A stretch of 64,000 bases of DNA from a virus (IMGVR_UViG_3300049216_000035:1-64000); one strand, 5' to 3'. Positions 47,462 to 56,834 are shown, counted from the first letter of the stretch. Notes: a model not told the origin generated them from the letters alone. Made by a program: numbers and translations.

Positions 47462-47944
47462 TTATGCCGGAATCGACACGGGATTGACAGGGTTATCATA
47501 GACCCAAGTGCTGTACTCGGAGTGAATATGATAGGCCGCGAGCGCGTCGTCCCACAGATCGTCGCGCAAGATTAGCCGCTTGAAGCGGTAATTCGTAATG
47601 TGGCGGCTCGGAAGGGCAACTGGGAGAGGTGAGCCGCGCAAGAGTTGGTCAATTCTTCGATATACGGCGTAGGCGCTATCGAGCGAAGCCTTGTCCCATA
47701 CGCAGATTTCGATCTTCGGATTGTCCATACGCCCAGCGAACAAAGCATCTTCATCGAACAGCCCGTCGCGCAGGCCGCTACCAACCCGCCCCATCGTGAT
47801 TAATGGAAATACGGGATCGGCAACGTCCTGAAAGTGGTTCGTCGCAATCGAAAGTGAGTTGTCGGGCCGCTTACCAACGAGCGTCTGAAGAACAGAGTCG
47901 CCCTGGAACAGTATGTAGAGGCCGTTCAGAAGTGAATAGCTCAT
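47462..47944 (-). CDS. tail terminator (DUF3168/gp17-like)
   Basis: D..LQTLVG, FPLIT, IEICVWD, RIDQLL. Confidence 0.7.
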   Translation of the reverse strand: MSYSLLNGLYILFQGDSVLQTLVGKRPDNSLSIATNHFQDVADPVFPLITMGRVGSGLRDGLFDEDALFAGRMDNPKIEICVWDKASLDSAYAVYRRIDQLLRGSPLPVALPSRHITNYRFKRLILRDDLWDDALAAYHIHSEYSTWVYDNPVNPVSIPA

Positions 47945-48351
47945 TAACCGTTCGGGACCTTGCCCTTAAGCGCGCGGCAACGGATGTACGACAGGTCTTG
48001 CGACGGTTCCAGTACCTCGGTAATGAGGTAGGTGTCGCCGACGTTGCCGTAGTTGCCGGGCTGCGGTGCGTAGACGATCACGATTTCGGATCGATCCGCA
48101 ATCGGAGTGCCGGGTTGAAAATGAATGATGTGCGTCAGCGTGGACTGCTGGCCGAGTTGGGCGAACACAAGCTGGTCCGACATCGGCGACACGTCGCACG
48201 GGAACACACCATCGAGCAACGTGAAGCCGGGGGTGCGCGATCCGACCCCGGTGTAGGTCGTGATCGGCACCTTGATTCGGCACCCGTATTCCAGTTGCAT
48301 GAACGGGATCGAGTCTGCGCCGACGATCCCCCCGCCGTTGAGAACCCCCAC
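47944..48351 (-). CDS. head closure protein (gp16-like)
   Basis: Beta-rich 135 aa; THIIH, YLITEV; position. Confidence 0.65.
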   Translation of the reverse strand: MGVLNGGGIVGADSIPFMQLEYGCRIKVPITTYTGVGSRTPGFTLLDGVFPCDVSPMSDQLVFAQLGQQSTLTHIIHFQPGTPIADRSEIVIVYAPQPGNYGNVGDTYLITEVLEPSQDLSYIRCRALKGKVPNG

Positions 48352-49032
48352 TTAGCGTCGGGGCGTCCAAGGGCGCGGGATCATCTGCTGGATCGCAAAC
48401 TGCGGGGACTCCTTAGAGCCGCTGCCACGGTAAGCGTCGTCGCGCATGAGTAGAGCCGACTTGCGGAGTCGATCCGACAGGTCTGCCCACTTTTTAGAAA
48501 TAGAGTCGCGGTCTTCCACGCGCTCTTGGAGTCGCTGGTTGTACCAGAGTCCGGTCTGCGAGGCCACGCGGCTGGCATACCAGGATCGCGTGAGTGCCTT
48601 CACCGCACCGAGGAACTGGTCCGGGATCACGGACACAGCTTGATCGAGCGACTGCGTGGTCGCGTCGTAGAAGTTGAGTTCTTCGAGCGCCGCCGTCACG
48701 AACTCTTGCCACGTCGCGTCCGGGAACAGATAGTAGTAGTAGTTCGCGAAGACGCTCGTAGTCGGGGCCGTCGCCAGCACAAACTGCCCGGTCGCCTCGT
48801 CTATCGACGTGACGCGAGCGTCAGTGTACGGATTGGCAATCAGCGCGTTGTCGATCCGAAGCTGGATCAGCCCGCCCACAGCGATAGGGGCCTTCTCGAC
48901 GTAGAAGACCTCGTTCGTACCGTCGATAGGAGAGTCGTTGTTGAGACAGTTCTCCGACCGGGCGTAGTTGTCCATCGGACCATCCCCGCTGAGAACGCGA
49001 ACGCTCGTCAGGAGTGTCGTCAGGTCAACCAC
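48352..49032 (-). CDS. head-tail adaptor (gp15/gp6-like) with inserted beta domain
   Basis: VRVLSGD N-terminus, helical C-terminal part; position. Confidence 0.62.
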   Translation of the reverse strand: MVDLTTLLTSVRVLSGDGPMDNYARSENCLNNDSPIDGTNEVFYVEKAPIAVGGLIQLRIDNALIANPYTDARVTSIDEATGQFVLATAPTTSVFANYYYYLFPDATWQEFVTAALEELNFYDATTQSLDQAVSVIPDQFLGAVKALTRSWYASRVASQTGLWYNQRLQERVEDRDSISKKWADLSDRLRKSALLMRDDAYRGSGSKESPQFAIQQMIPRPWTPRR

Positions 49033-49034
49033 GA

Positions 49035-49457
49035 TTACGCCGCTATCGCTTCCGCGATTTCCTCATACGTTGCGGAGCCCAGGATCGCGAGGTACTGATA
49101 GCCCTCGGCCTTGGCGTACTCACGCTTGCGCGCGATGTCTTTCGCCGTCTCTTCCTTCTGCGCGTCCGTCATCGGGGGCGAGAAGAAGTCAACGAGCAAG
49201 TTCAGCCCGTTTGAAAAGTAGAAGCGGTCGTAGACAATCTCTTCCGGGAGGCTCGAATACTTCACCGGGATCGAGAACTGCTTCGCTTCGATGTGCCCGC
49301 CAGGGGACTTCTTGAGGATTTCCGCGAGCGCCATGTCCAGCACGTCGGACGTGCGGAGGTTCAGGGGCTCTGCGAGTTCGGACGCTTCGCTATCGATCTT
49401 AGAGATACGATCCGAGCGGTCCAGGAGGTCGGTGCCCCCAATCGTCTTAGCAGACAT
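49035..49457 (-). CDS. hypothetical protein with a DUF559/Vsr-like C-terminal pattern
   Basis: YDRFY...LLVDF...KREYAKAEGYQYLAI. Confidence 0.45.
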   Translation of the reverse strand: MSAKTIGGTDLLDRSDRISKIDSEASELAEPLNLRTSDVLDMALAEILKKSPGGHIEAKQFSIPVKYSSLPEEIVYDRFYFSNGLNLLVDFFSPPMTDAQKEETAKDIARKREYAKAEGYQYLAILGSATYEEIAEAIAA

Positions 49458-49554
49458 TTGATAATCCTTGTAGGCGGTAGTCGGCGCGCACCGCCTCTAA
49501 CGCGCCGCCCACCTTGTATGCTCTCGTAGAGGCGATAGAGCGTATGGGGAAGTC

Positions 49555-49770
49555 TTAGCTCGGAGTCGTGACCGTAGCCGCGATAGCGACGAAGACCTTC
49601 TGATTCTGAGAAACAAGGTTGCCGCTAATGATAATCGCGTTGCCAGCAGCCGCAGCCGAGTTCATCGCCGTGGCGTCGGTCTGCGCCGCGCTCAGGGTCG
49701 AATACTCAGCTACCAGGTCTTCGCCGAACTGGGTCCGATACTGGATGAAACCACCCGATGCGGTAGCCAT
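49555..49770 (-). CDS. small putative virion protein
   Basis: 71 aa, A/T/S-rich, downstream of MCP. Confidence 0.55.
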   Translation of the reverse strand: MATASGGFIQYRTQFGEDLVAEYSTLSAAQTDATAMNSAAAAGNAIIISGNLVSQNQKVFVAIAATVTTPS

Positions 49771-50426
49771 TACGCTGCTTTCCTTACTGCCCAGCGCGTC
49801 AGTTGTGCGTCGCGCATCTTCTGACGAGTCTCTGGGCTGTGTTTCTTGCCTCGCAACGCGACGCTATTGGCGGCACCAATCTTCGCGCGATGTTCGGGCG
49901 TGAGTTTCGCACCCTTTCGCCCCTTCACCGCAGCCGCGACCATGATCGCCTTCTGCTCGGGGGTGTACTGGTACGGATTAGCCAGCTTCGATGCCCTGAT
50001 CTTCTCTTTTTTCTCTGTTGAACAAGGAATGCGTCGCTTATCGCCAGCCTTCTTTTGTGCCGCTGCGGAGTTGACTTTACGCCGTGCTATCGTCTCCGGG
50101 GAGAGATGGAACAACGGCGAATCAGCCGACTTAGTAGCATTGTATACTGGCTCTAATTTGTTAATCCAGTATTGTTCAAGGGCTACACGCTTTTCCGGCT
50201 CGCACAGTTCGATCACAAAGAAGTCGAACTGATCTTCACCATACTTTGCCCACGCGGCCCGCAGATGCGGGGTAACGTGCCCACCTGTTCTGAGTCGGTG
50301 CAAGTGCTGACGCCACCGGGAGTGGATGTCGATACTCGACCCTATGTACATGTTGCTGTTAATCTTGTTCTGGATTCCGTAGACTCCAGATAGTCTTTTT
50401 GACGCCATATACCTAGTATAACTCAT
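49770..50426 (-). CDS. GIY-YIG homing endonuclease with NUMOD3 repeats
   Basis: SGVYGIQN...MYIGSS...RW..H; GKKHSPETRQKM. Confidence 0.92.
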   Translation of the reverse strand: MSYTRYMASKRLSGVYGIQNKINSNMYIGSSIDIHSRWRQHLHRLRTGGHVTPHLRAAWAKYGEDQFDFFVIELCEPEKRVALEQYWINKLEPVYNATKSADSPLFHLSPETIARRKVNSAAAQKKAGDKRRIPCSTEKKEKIRASKLANPYQYTPEQKAIMVAAAVKGRKGAKLTPEHRAKIGAANSVALRGKKHSPETRQKMRDAQLTRWAVRKAA

Positions 50427-50429
50427 ACT

Positions 50430-50471
50430 AGAGTGTGACAGTTACCCTACATAAGCAGAGTGTGACAGTTA
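50430..50471. repeat. 15-bp direct repeat AGAGTGTGACAGTTA x2
   Basis: 50430-50444 and 50457-50471, between the MCP stop and the GIY-YIG gene. Confidence 0.8.
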
Positions 50472-51617
50472 TATGCCATTTCCGGCGTATAGGTAACGGT
50501 ACTCGATGACCGCCGTCGCGTAGCGACGACGAACACGGTAGCGATACTCGTCCTTTTCGAAGGACGCGCCAGCGTTGCGGGCTTCCTGGAGCAGTTCGAG
50601 CGGATCGCGATCCTGCCACACGATGGACGTTTTCGGTTCCATCAGGTACCAGTAACCGTTGCCCGAGCCGTCAACAGGCAGCCATCGGCTGATCTTCAGC
50701 GTGTAGAGGCCCTGAAGGGGATTGATCGTCCCAGACCAACCCGTCGCGCCACCGCTGAAGAAGGCCGTCTGCGTCGCGCCCGTACCATTGGTCGTGGTAT
50801 TCGGAACGCTCGGTTGCAGCGTCGAGTTCAACAGCTTCGCAGCGTTGAACTTTTCAGCCGGAGCCGTGAGCAGAACGCCCGGCTTGACCATGATCTTGTT
50901 CCCGAGGGGATCGACCATGTTCATCAGAGCGATGTCGGCAGCTTCGAGGCCAGCCTGCGAGAGCTTCGCATACGAGGTCGGACGGTTGCCGATGGCAGTC
51001 GTGTACGACGTGTTCGCGACGCCCGTGATACCACGACCCTGGGTCGTGATCTTGAAGACATCGACGCCCATAACGTCCGCTTCTTCTTTGTAGCGGAGGC
51101 GCTGGCCGAGGCCCGTCGCGCGCTGTTCGATCTGGCCCGTCTGATCGTCATCAATCAGTTCGCGCTCGACCGTGAACATGCGACCGACCTTCTTGTTGAC
51201 GACTTCCACGTCAAGGCCGGACACACGCGAGTCCTCGAACTTGCCGCCGAGCGGCACGTCACGCGGAATCTCGACGCCGAACATCGGGGCGTACCATTCT
51301 TGGCGATTGCTCGACGGACGCGCCGACACGAGGTCGGTATACACGAAGTCGTCAACGCTCTTGTACGCATCGAACATGAAGTGCTGGACGCCGTAGCGCA
51401 GGAGTTGGCCGAAGGCCGTCTCCGACGTGGCTTCCGAGAGCTTCGCTTCAGCTTCCTGAAGGTTCTTGTTGAGACGGCCGAAGCTAAAGTTGTCGGACTC
51501 TAAGAGTTCCTCATACTTCTTCGGATCGACTTTCGCCGAGCGGCGGATCGATTCACCGAGGCGCGTTTGCTGCGCTTCGAGTGCGATTGCCTGACGCTCG
51601 ATCAGAGACTTTCTCAT
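50469..51617 (-). CDS. major capsid protein (HK97 fold, Mu gpT-like)
   Basis: KVGRMFTVERELIDDD.TG, GNKIMVKP..LL, YRVRRRY; probable cleaved prodomain ending KLSE|ATS. Confidence 0.9.
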   Translation of the reverse strand: MRKSLIERQAIALEAQQTRLGESIRRSAKVDPKKYEELLESDNFSFGRLNKNLQEAEAKLSEATSETAFGQLLRYGVQHFMFDAYKSVDDFVYTDLVSARPSSNRQEWYAPMFGVEIPRDVPLGGKFEDSRVSGLDVEVVNKKVGRMFTVERELIDDDQTGQIEQRATGLGQRLRYKEEADVMGVDVFKITTQGRGITGVANTSYTTAIGNRPTSYAKLSQAGLEAADIALMNMVDPLGNKIMVKPGVLLTAPAEKFNAAKLLNSTLQPSVPNTTTNGTGATQTAFFSGGATGWSGTINPLQGLYTLKISRWLPVDGSGNGYWYLMEPKTSIVWQDRDPLELLQEARNAGASFEKDEYRYRVRRRYATAVIEYRYLYAGNGI

Positions 51618-51634
51618 ATCTGTTCCTTAGCTCC

Positions 51635-52144
51635 TTACGCCAGCGTCGGGGTCGGATACGTTGCGACCACCGCAATCGGGATCGTTACGCCAGCCGCGCC
51701 CGTCACCGAGAGCGTACCGTTCATAATGAACTCGTTCGGAAGAATGACGTAGCCAATCTTCACCGTGCGAGCGCCGGAGTTCGTGCTGACCGTAACGGTC
51801 TGCGCGTCGGCAGTCTCGTTGAAGTAGACTGGCGCGAGGTGCGTGTAAACGTCACCCGCCGTCGTCTTGAAGTTGAAGACGTTCTTGAACGCCACTTCGA
51901 GCGTCAGAAGAATATCGTTCAACGAGTTGAGGATCGAGTTCTGAGTCGCGACGCCAATGTACTTGGCGAGGTCGGCCTGCGTGACCGCCGTGCGCGCTCC
52001 ACCCGAGCCGCCGTTCAACGTCGTGTCAAAGACAACGATGTCGCCCTGATTCACAACGTCGGTACCCGACTGATCGGGCGCGTAGATCAGCGTCCCGTCA
52101 TCGATGTCCTTGTTGTGCGTGTTTTGTGCCCCAGCAGTAGACAT
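51635..52144 (-). CDS. capsid cement/decoration protein (putative)
   Basis: VNQGDIVV...YIGVA pattern; between scaffold and MCP. Confidence 0.65.
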   Translation of the reverse strand: MSTAGAQNTHNKDIDDGTLIYAPDQSGTDVVNQGDIVVFDTTLNGGSGGARTAVTQADLAKYIGVATQNSILNSLNDILLTLEVAFKNVFNFKTTAGDVYTHLAPVYFNETADAQTVTVSTNSGARTVKIGYVILPNEFIMNGTLSVTGAAGVTIPIAVVATYPTPTLA

Positions 52145-52148
52145 CTAC

Positions 52149-53819
52149 TTAGACTCCCATTCCCGCGAAGATGATCGATTCGTTGGCACGAGCATCGCTC
52201 TCGCGAATCTGGACCTGGCGACCGGGGTTGCCGACGATCTTCTTCGTGCCGATTTCGGCAACGTAGTTGACCTCAGTCTCGATCAGAGAGTCCATCTCCT
52301 CAGCCGTCTTGCCAACAAGCGACGGGAGAAGTTTGGTGGCCGCAGCCGCCGGGAGATTGCTCTCCTTCAGCTTGTTCTTGGCCGTCTCGATAGACTCGCG
52401 CATCTCATTTTTGGTGCGCTCTGCCTTGAGTTCTTTCTTGAGGCGCGCTACTTCGGCCGCAGCTTCCGCGCGAGCTTCCGTGAGCGCCGCTTGGAAAGCC
52501 GAACTATTGCGCGAGCGAACATCGCTCTCTTTAGTTTTAGATTCCGAAGTCTGCTCGGACTCATCGTCCTCGTCATCATCGTCATCTTGCGGGGCTTGTT
52601 CGCCCTTCGCAACGAACGGCGGGGCTTTCTTCCCACCGAAATTGGCCGTGCCAGCTTCCTTAGCTTTCGCCTCGGACATGCTCTCGGAACACTCGTCGCA
52701 CTTGCAGTCGTCCTTGTGCGCTTCTTTCATGTCCGTGCCGCTGGTGAGAGCTTCAACGAGCGTTGCGAGGTCTTCCGGGTCAACCGAACCCTCTTTGCTC
52801 TGAGCCTTCAGCCGCTTGGCAGTCTCCACGAGTTTCTTGTCCATCGTAGCTCCCTTATCGCTTTCGACTAGTGCGAGGAATCTGCCGCCCCGCGCGGGTT
52901 TCGTGACCAGATCGGCGCTGAAGGCGTCCGTAATCGAGTTCACATAGTTGACGGACATGCCGCCCACATCTTTAGGTGACACGTCGCCGTCTGCATTGAT
53001 GCTGATACCAGCGTAGACTTTGTTTGGAAATTGCTTCGAATACGCAATCGCCTCTTTGATGAGGCCAACCGCCCAGTCTTGTCCGTCCTGAATCTTGAGC
53101 TTGGCAGCGATAGCCGTCTTGCCGTTGTTCTGGACGATGTGCGAATCGAAGTAGTAACCGAACAGATCGCGCACCGAGCGTTCGGGACGATCAGTCTCTT
53201 CGAACGCGCTCGGATGATCCGCATACGCTTGCGCGCCATCGAACACTTTGTTGGCGACCGCTTTGATGAGCGTGTCTGCCGCGTAATAGTGCTTGTCGCG
53301 CTTGTTGCCCAGACCTTCCTCAATGATAATCACGCTCGCGGTGCGAGTCGCATCATCGTAGGTGCCTTCGATCAGACGAGGATTGAAGACCAGCGTTTCA
53401 CGGAGGTTCTGAACCGACTCTGTTATCGCCGACTCTTTACTCTTCGTGCCGAGCATCTTGTGCGCTCGTACTTTGATCTTCTTCTTATCTTCTGCCGAGA
53501 GGTTCTTGCCTCGCGATAGCATCTGGAGCGCCAGCCGTGCATGCTTCTTGTCCGGCATCGGGAACCGACCACCGGGAAGAGTCTCAGTACGCTGACGTAC
53601 CTTTTTGCCTACCGCCTCTTCGATGCTGTTGTCGGTCGGATGAGTCGTCTCAGGAGAGATCGTATCCGTCCGGCGAGTCTTGGCATCGAAGGGTCCGGGC
53701 ACTTTTTCAGTTTTCAAAGGCAGATAGGCCCTCGACTTACCAAGTCGGGGCTGTGCACCGTCCCGGAAGAGTTGTCCGGCCGCAGTTCCAGACTGCGCCT
53801 GACGCGAGGCGACCATCAT
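52149..53819 (-). CDS. prohead protease-scaffold with N-terminal DUF6582-like domain (start uncertain)
   Basis: IIEEGLGN..HYY, YADHP, RSVRD, GISIN, SADLVTKPARGG; C-terminal coiled coil; RFPMPDKKHARLAL. Confidence 0.8.
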   Translation of the reverse strand: MMVASRQAQSGTAAGQLFRDGAQPRLGKSRAYLPLKTEKVPGPFDAKTRRTDTISPETTHPTDNSIEEAVGKKVRQRTETLPGGRFPMPDKKHARLALQMLSRGKNLSAEDKKKIKVRAHKMLGTKSKESAITESVQNLRETLVFNPRLIEGTYDDATRTASVIIIEEGLGNKRDKHYYAADTLIKAVANKVFDGAQAYADHPSAFEETDRPERSVRDLFGYYFDSHIVQNNGKTAIAAKLKIQDGQDWAVGLIKEAIAYSKQFPNKVYAGISINADGDVSPKDVGGMSVNYVNSITDAFSADLVTKPARGGRFLALVESDKGATMDKKLVETAKRLKAQSKEGSVDPEDLATLVEALTSGTDMKEAHKDDCKCDECSESMSEAKAKEAGTANFGGKKAPPFVAKGEQAPQDDDDDEDDESEQTSESKTKESDVRSRNSSAFQAALTEARAEAAAEVARLKKELKAERTKNEMRESIETAKNKLKESNLPAAAATKLLPSLVGKTAEEMDSLIETEVNYVAEIGTKKIVGNPGRQVQIRESDARANESIIFAGMGV

Positions 53820-53846
53820 TCTCACCCTTATCCGCCACGAAGTCAC

Positions 53847-53868
53847 ATTATTGTGGGGATAACGATAG
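53847..53868 (-). promoter_or_regulatory. candidate promoter of the head/tail operon
   Basis: - strand CTATCGTTATCCCCAC-AATAAT. Confidence 0.45.
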
Positions 53869-53909
53869 AAACGGCAGGCTTAAATAAGAGTAGATAAGAA
53901 GATGGGCGC

Positions 53910-54440
53910 ATGAGTAAAGCACCAGTTCCTAGTCCTGGAACCCGCTATCCAGGACTGCGCGGGAACCTCACCGACATGTTCAAGCGAAACGCGGGCAAAT
54001 CGTTTGACATCACCCAACTTCGAAAGTCTTTCAAGGGCGTCTCCGAGTCGGCCCTGACCTACCACCTGAGCCAGATGAAGGCCGAGAAGCTGATCGACAC
54101 CCCAAAGCGGGGGTTCTATATCCTAAACCCGGAACACAAAACGGTCGAACAGATCAGGGAAGAGATTGCGAACCGCCCCAACCCCACTAGGATCGTTACC
54201 TCAGACGACGGCTTCGCTTATGGCAAGCAGAACGGGATCACTGGCGTCGACACATATTGGAAGCGCCTCCTCCACCGCTCTATCGAGAGTCTAATAGTAC
54301 GCACTGAGAGTGCTGCCCCCGCCAAGGAAGTTTTCACGTCCGAGGATCGGGACTTAGTTCGTGAACTGCTTCAGATCGCCACAGGCGAGCGTGAGGCTGG
54401 CAACGCCCGCATGAACGTAAAAGAAACAGCCCCCGCTTAA
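53910..54440 (+). CDS. winged-HTH DNA-binding protein
   Basis: VSESALTYHLSQMKAEKLIDTPKRGFY. Confidence 0.65.
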   Translation: MSKAPVPSPGTRYPGLRGNLTDMFKRNAGKSFDITQLRKSFKGVSESALTYHLSQMKAEKLIDTPKRGFYILNPEHKTVEQIREEIANRPNPTRIVTSDDGFAYGKQNGITGVDTYWKRLLHRSIESLIVRTESAAPAKEVFTSEDRDLVRELLQIATGEREAGNARMNVKETAPA

Positions 54441-54451
54441 GGGGCTGTTTC
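54423..54451. terminator. hairpin between convergent genes
   Basis: GAAACAGCCCC-cgcttaa-GGGGCTGTTTC. Confidence 0.65.
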
Positions 54452-54670
54452 GATCCTGGACTTCGGTACTCGTGGTCTTCGGATAATGGCAATCATACTG
54501 AGAGGGGCTGGCCGCTCGGCATACTGTCTGTCGCTCAGGTACCAGACGATCATCCCCCGCGTGGGGTGATCCTCCAGCCGCGTAACTGTACCGTTCTCGG
54601 CGCGGTAGAGTGAGTCGCCCTTGCGGTGGACTCTGACGCCGGGCACGAGGCCCTTGGTGGAAGTCCTCAC
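54437..54670 (-). CDS. small hypothetical protein
   Basis: GTG start inferred (VRTSTKGL...), coupled to an upstream 20-aa CxxC micro-ORF. Confidence 0.45.
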   Translation of the reverse strand: MRTSTKGLVPGVRVHRKGDSLYRAENGTVTRLEDHPTRGMIVWYLSDRQYAERPAPLSMIAIIRRPRVPKSRIETAP

Positions 54671-54773
54671 GGACAGTGCGTCCCGCCGTAGTATTCCTCG
54701 CCACAGACCGGGCACGTTAGATAGCGCATGAATGATAATCCGGGGGCCGTTGCCGACCCCCGGTTCCTTTCTC

Positions 54774-55826
54774 TTAGTTGAGGGAGAGGGCCGTCGATGC
54801 GATCCGTTCGAGTGCCACCCGAGCGTCGGGCTGGAGTTCGCGGGCCGTCGCCGTGATCGCGTTGACCACATCGTACTGGGTCGCGGTGTTGTCCGGCGCG
54901 ATGTCCGGTTGGAGTTCGGCGAAGATCGCCTTCTCTTCGCGCTTCGTCACGCGGTTGCGGGCCAGTAGGTTCCGCAGGTACTCGTCCACGTTGTCGATGG
55001 TCAGCCCTTGGCTGGCCGCGAACTGTTGGGCGAAGACTTGCGAGCCCCGGACGATCTCCTCGGCCTGCTCGACCACATACTTGGCGAGGTCCGAGGTGTC
55101 CCCGAAGTGGCGCTTCGAGAGTTGAACGTCGCCCTTACCGAAGGGCTTCACGAGGCCGTTCGCGCAGACCAACCGGTAGACTCCACCCTGAAGCCCGGTC
55201 GATCCGAGGCCGACTTCGCTGTTCGAGAGGTGGAGCATCGGGAAGAGGAAGTCTTCCGAGCCCTTCGGGAGGAAGCTGGTGTGCCCGGCGGCCGTCGCAG
55301 CATTGATCGCTTGGCTCTTGTCGCCGAAGCGGACGTGGAAGCTGCGATCCGTCTGCCAGAACTCCATGATTGAGAGGTCGGCCAGTCCGGCGTTCGCGAG
55401 GGCGTCGTGGGCGGCTTCGAGGACTTCGCGGTCATCGAGGATGCCGTACTTGTCGGAGAGGAACGCGCGGGCTTCGAACCCGGTCGATCCGCCCTGAAGG
55501 GTGCGGACCAGGAGGTCTTTGTCCTGAGGCTGCACGTTCAGCCAGTAGTTGACGTGCGGGACGATCAGGTCGCCCTGGCCGCGCTTCAGCATCTCTGCGG
55601 TGTACGGGGCCGGGAGTCCAATGCGGCGAGCCATCTGGCTCAGGCCGAGGTCGTTCAGACCGTAGCTGACGCCGTTAGCCGCGTCATTGATGTAGAGTTC
55701 CTTGCCGTTCGTGTCGGCCGAGAGTGCGCCGAACTTAGTCGTAAAGTCCGCCGCCTTGGAGGCGCGGGCTTCGACCGCTTGGGTGATGGCTTCCCAGGTC
55801 TTGGGGAGCGTGAGGGTTGTCGTCAT
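54774..55826 (-). CDS. DUF932/DUF945-like protein
   Basis: ARAFLSDKY, LSNSEVG.GS, YRLVCANG, YDVVNAIT. Confidence 0.78.
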   Translation of the reverse strand: MTTTLTLPKTWEAITQAVEARASKAADFTTKFGALSADTNGKELYINDAANGVSYGLNDLGLSQMARRIGLPAPYTAEMLKRGQGDLIVPHVNYWLNVQPQDKDLLVRTLQGGSTGFEARAFLSDKYGILDDREVLEAAHDALANAGLADLSIMEFWQTDRSFHVRFGDKSQAINAATAAGHTSFLPKGSEDFLFPMLHLSNSEVGLGSTGLQGGVYRLVCANGLVKPFGKGDVQLSKRHFGDTSDLAKYVVEQAEEIVRGSQVFAQQFAASQGLTIDNVDEYLRNLLARNRVTKREEKAIFAELQPDIAPDNTATQYDVVNAITATARELQPDARVALERIASTALSLN

Positions 55827-55994
55827 TGGTGGGTGTCTAGCCTTTCAGAAGTAGTGGTTACACCCCTTAGACCGCAGAACTAGAACGTGGGTTGCAAAAC
55901 TAGTCCCGATAGCCGGAGTGTGATATGGAGGACAGTCTAGCTAGACTCCCTAGACTTGAAACCTAGACTTCGGGAGTCGGGTTATGAGGGATGT

Positions 55995-56147
55995 ATGAAG
56001 ACACTGAACACCGCCGAGTTAGAACTCGAACTCCAAAAGCACAAGAAGCGTCCCCACAAAGGCATGGGCTTCGTGCAGTACGGCTGCTCGACTTGCCGGA
56101 TGCTGGAGTACGCGCTCGCGAATCGTAAAGCGAAAGGGAAGCCGTGA
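55995..56147 (+). CDS. small hypothetical protein (CxxC)
   Basis: GAGG RBS; first gene of a + strand cluster. Confidence 0.5.
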   Translation: MKTLNTAELELELQKHKKRPHKGMGFVQYGCSTCRMLEYALANRKAKGKP

Positions 56148-56341
56148 ACTTAGACTGCAAAGCCTGCGGGGGCGAGTCCCCCGCCGAACAGTTCGGATCG
56201 AACACCTACGGTACCACGAACGCTCGCGAACTTCTCGGTAAGTACAAGAGCGAACTGTCCGCGACTCAACGCAAGAACCTGGACGGGGCAGTCGCACACC
56301 TTAACGAGGCGCGCCGCCTGCTGAACGAGGTGAACCAATAG
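56144..56341 (+). CDS. small hypothetical protein
   Basis: GTGA coupling. Confidence 0.5.
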   Translation: MNLDCKACGGESPAEQFGSNTYGTTNARELLGKYKSELSATQRKNLDGAVAHLNEARRLLNEVNQ

Positions 56342-56477
56342 AAATGTACACGATCACCAAGCCAGACGGCTCACTTTACTTCGTCGGTGAACCGAAAGCA
56401 TGCCTAGAGGTCTGGAAGCAGCACCCCACCTACCTCGTGCGTGAGGGGCTGCTGACGGAACGCAAGAGGCTAGAAGC

Positions 56478-56834
56478 ATGCGCCTAAATCTCAAACGTGC
56501 CGCCGTACTGGCGCTCTACCTACTCGCGGGCGCGGGGATCGGCGAGAAGATGCTCTTACAAGAACACGAGATGCACGCTGCCACCACCGTCTGCGGGCAT
56601 CCGAAGTACGTTCGGGTCGTATGGTCACTCCCCGGCCAGCGCGATGACGACTATTCCGACGACGGGGCGTTTGTTCCCGACTGCGGGTCTATCGATCCGG
56701 GCAGGGAGTCAGCGATCCTACAAGGCATGGCTGACCCACCGCACCAACCGACACCTGACGAGGTGAATGATAATCTCCGTCAGATCACGGCGGACGACGC
56801 AGCATTTGCCGCTAGGCTCTCAAAATTGAAGTAG
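56478..56834 (+). CDS. putative exported/membrane protein
   Basis: Signal-like N-terminus. Confidence 0.5.
   Translation: MRLNLKRAAVLALYLLAGAGIGEKMLLQEHEMHAATTVCGHPKYVRVVWSLPGQRDDDYSDDGAFVPDCGSIDPGRESAILQGMADPPHQPTPDEVNDNLRQITADDAAFAARLSKLK

Noticed and set aside
49770-50471. Group I intron interrupting the MCP
   Set aside because: The MCP has a normal-looking C-terminus and stop, and no downstream exon or intron core was evident
5140-53519. Many long + strand ORFs antisense to core genes (e.g. 5140-5958, 18406-19182, 46241-47104, 52104-52871)
   Set aside because: Shadow ORFs of GC-rich coding sequence with no recognisable motifs
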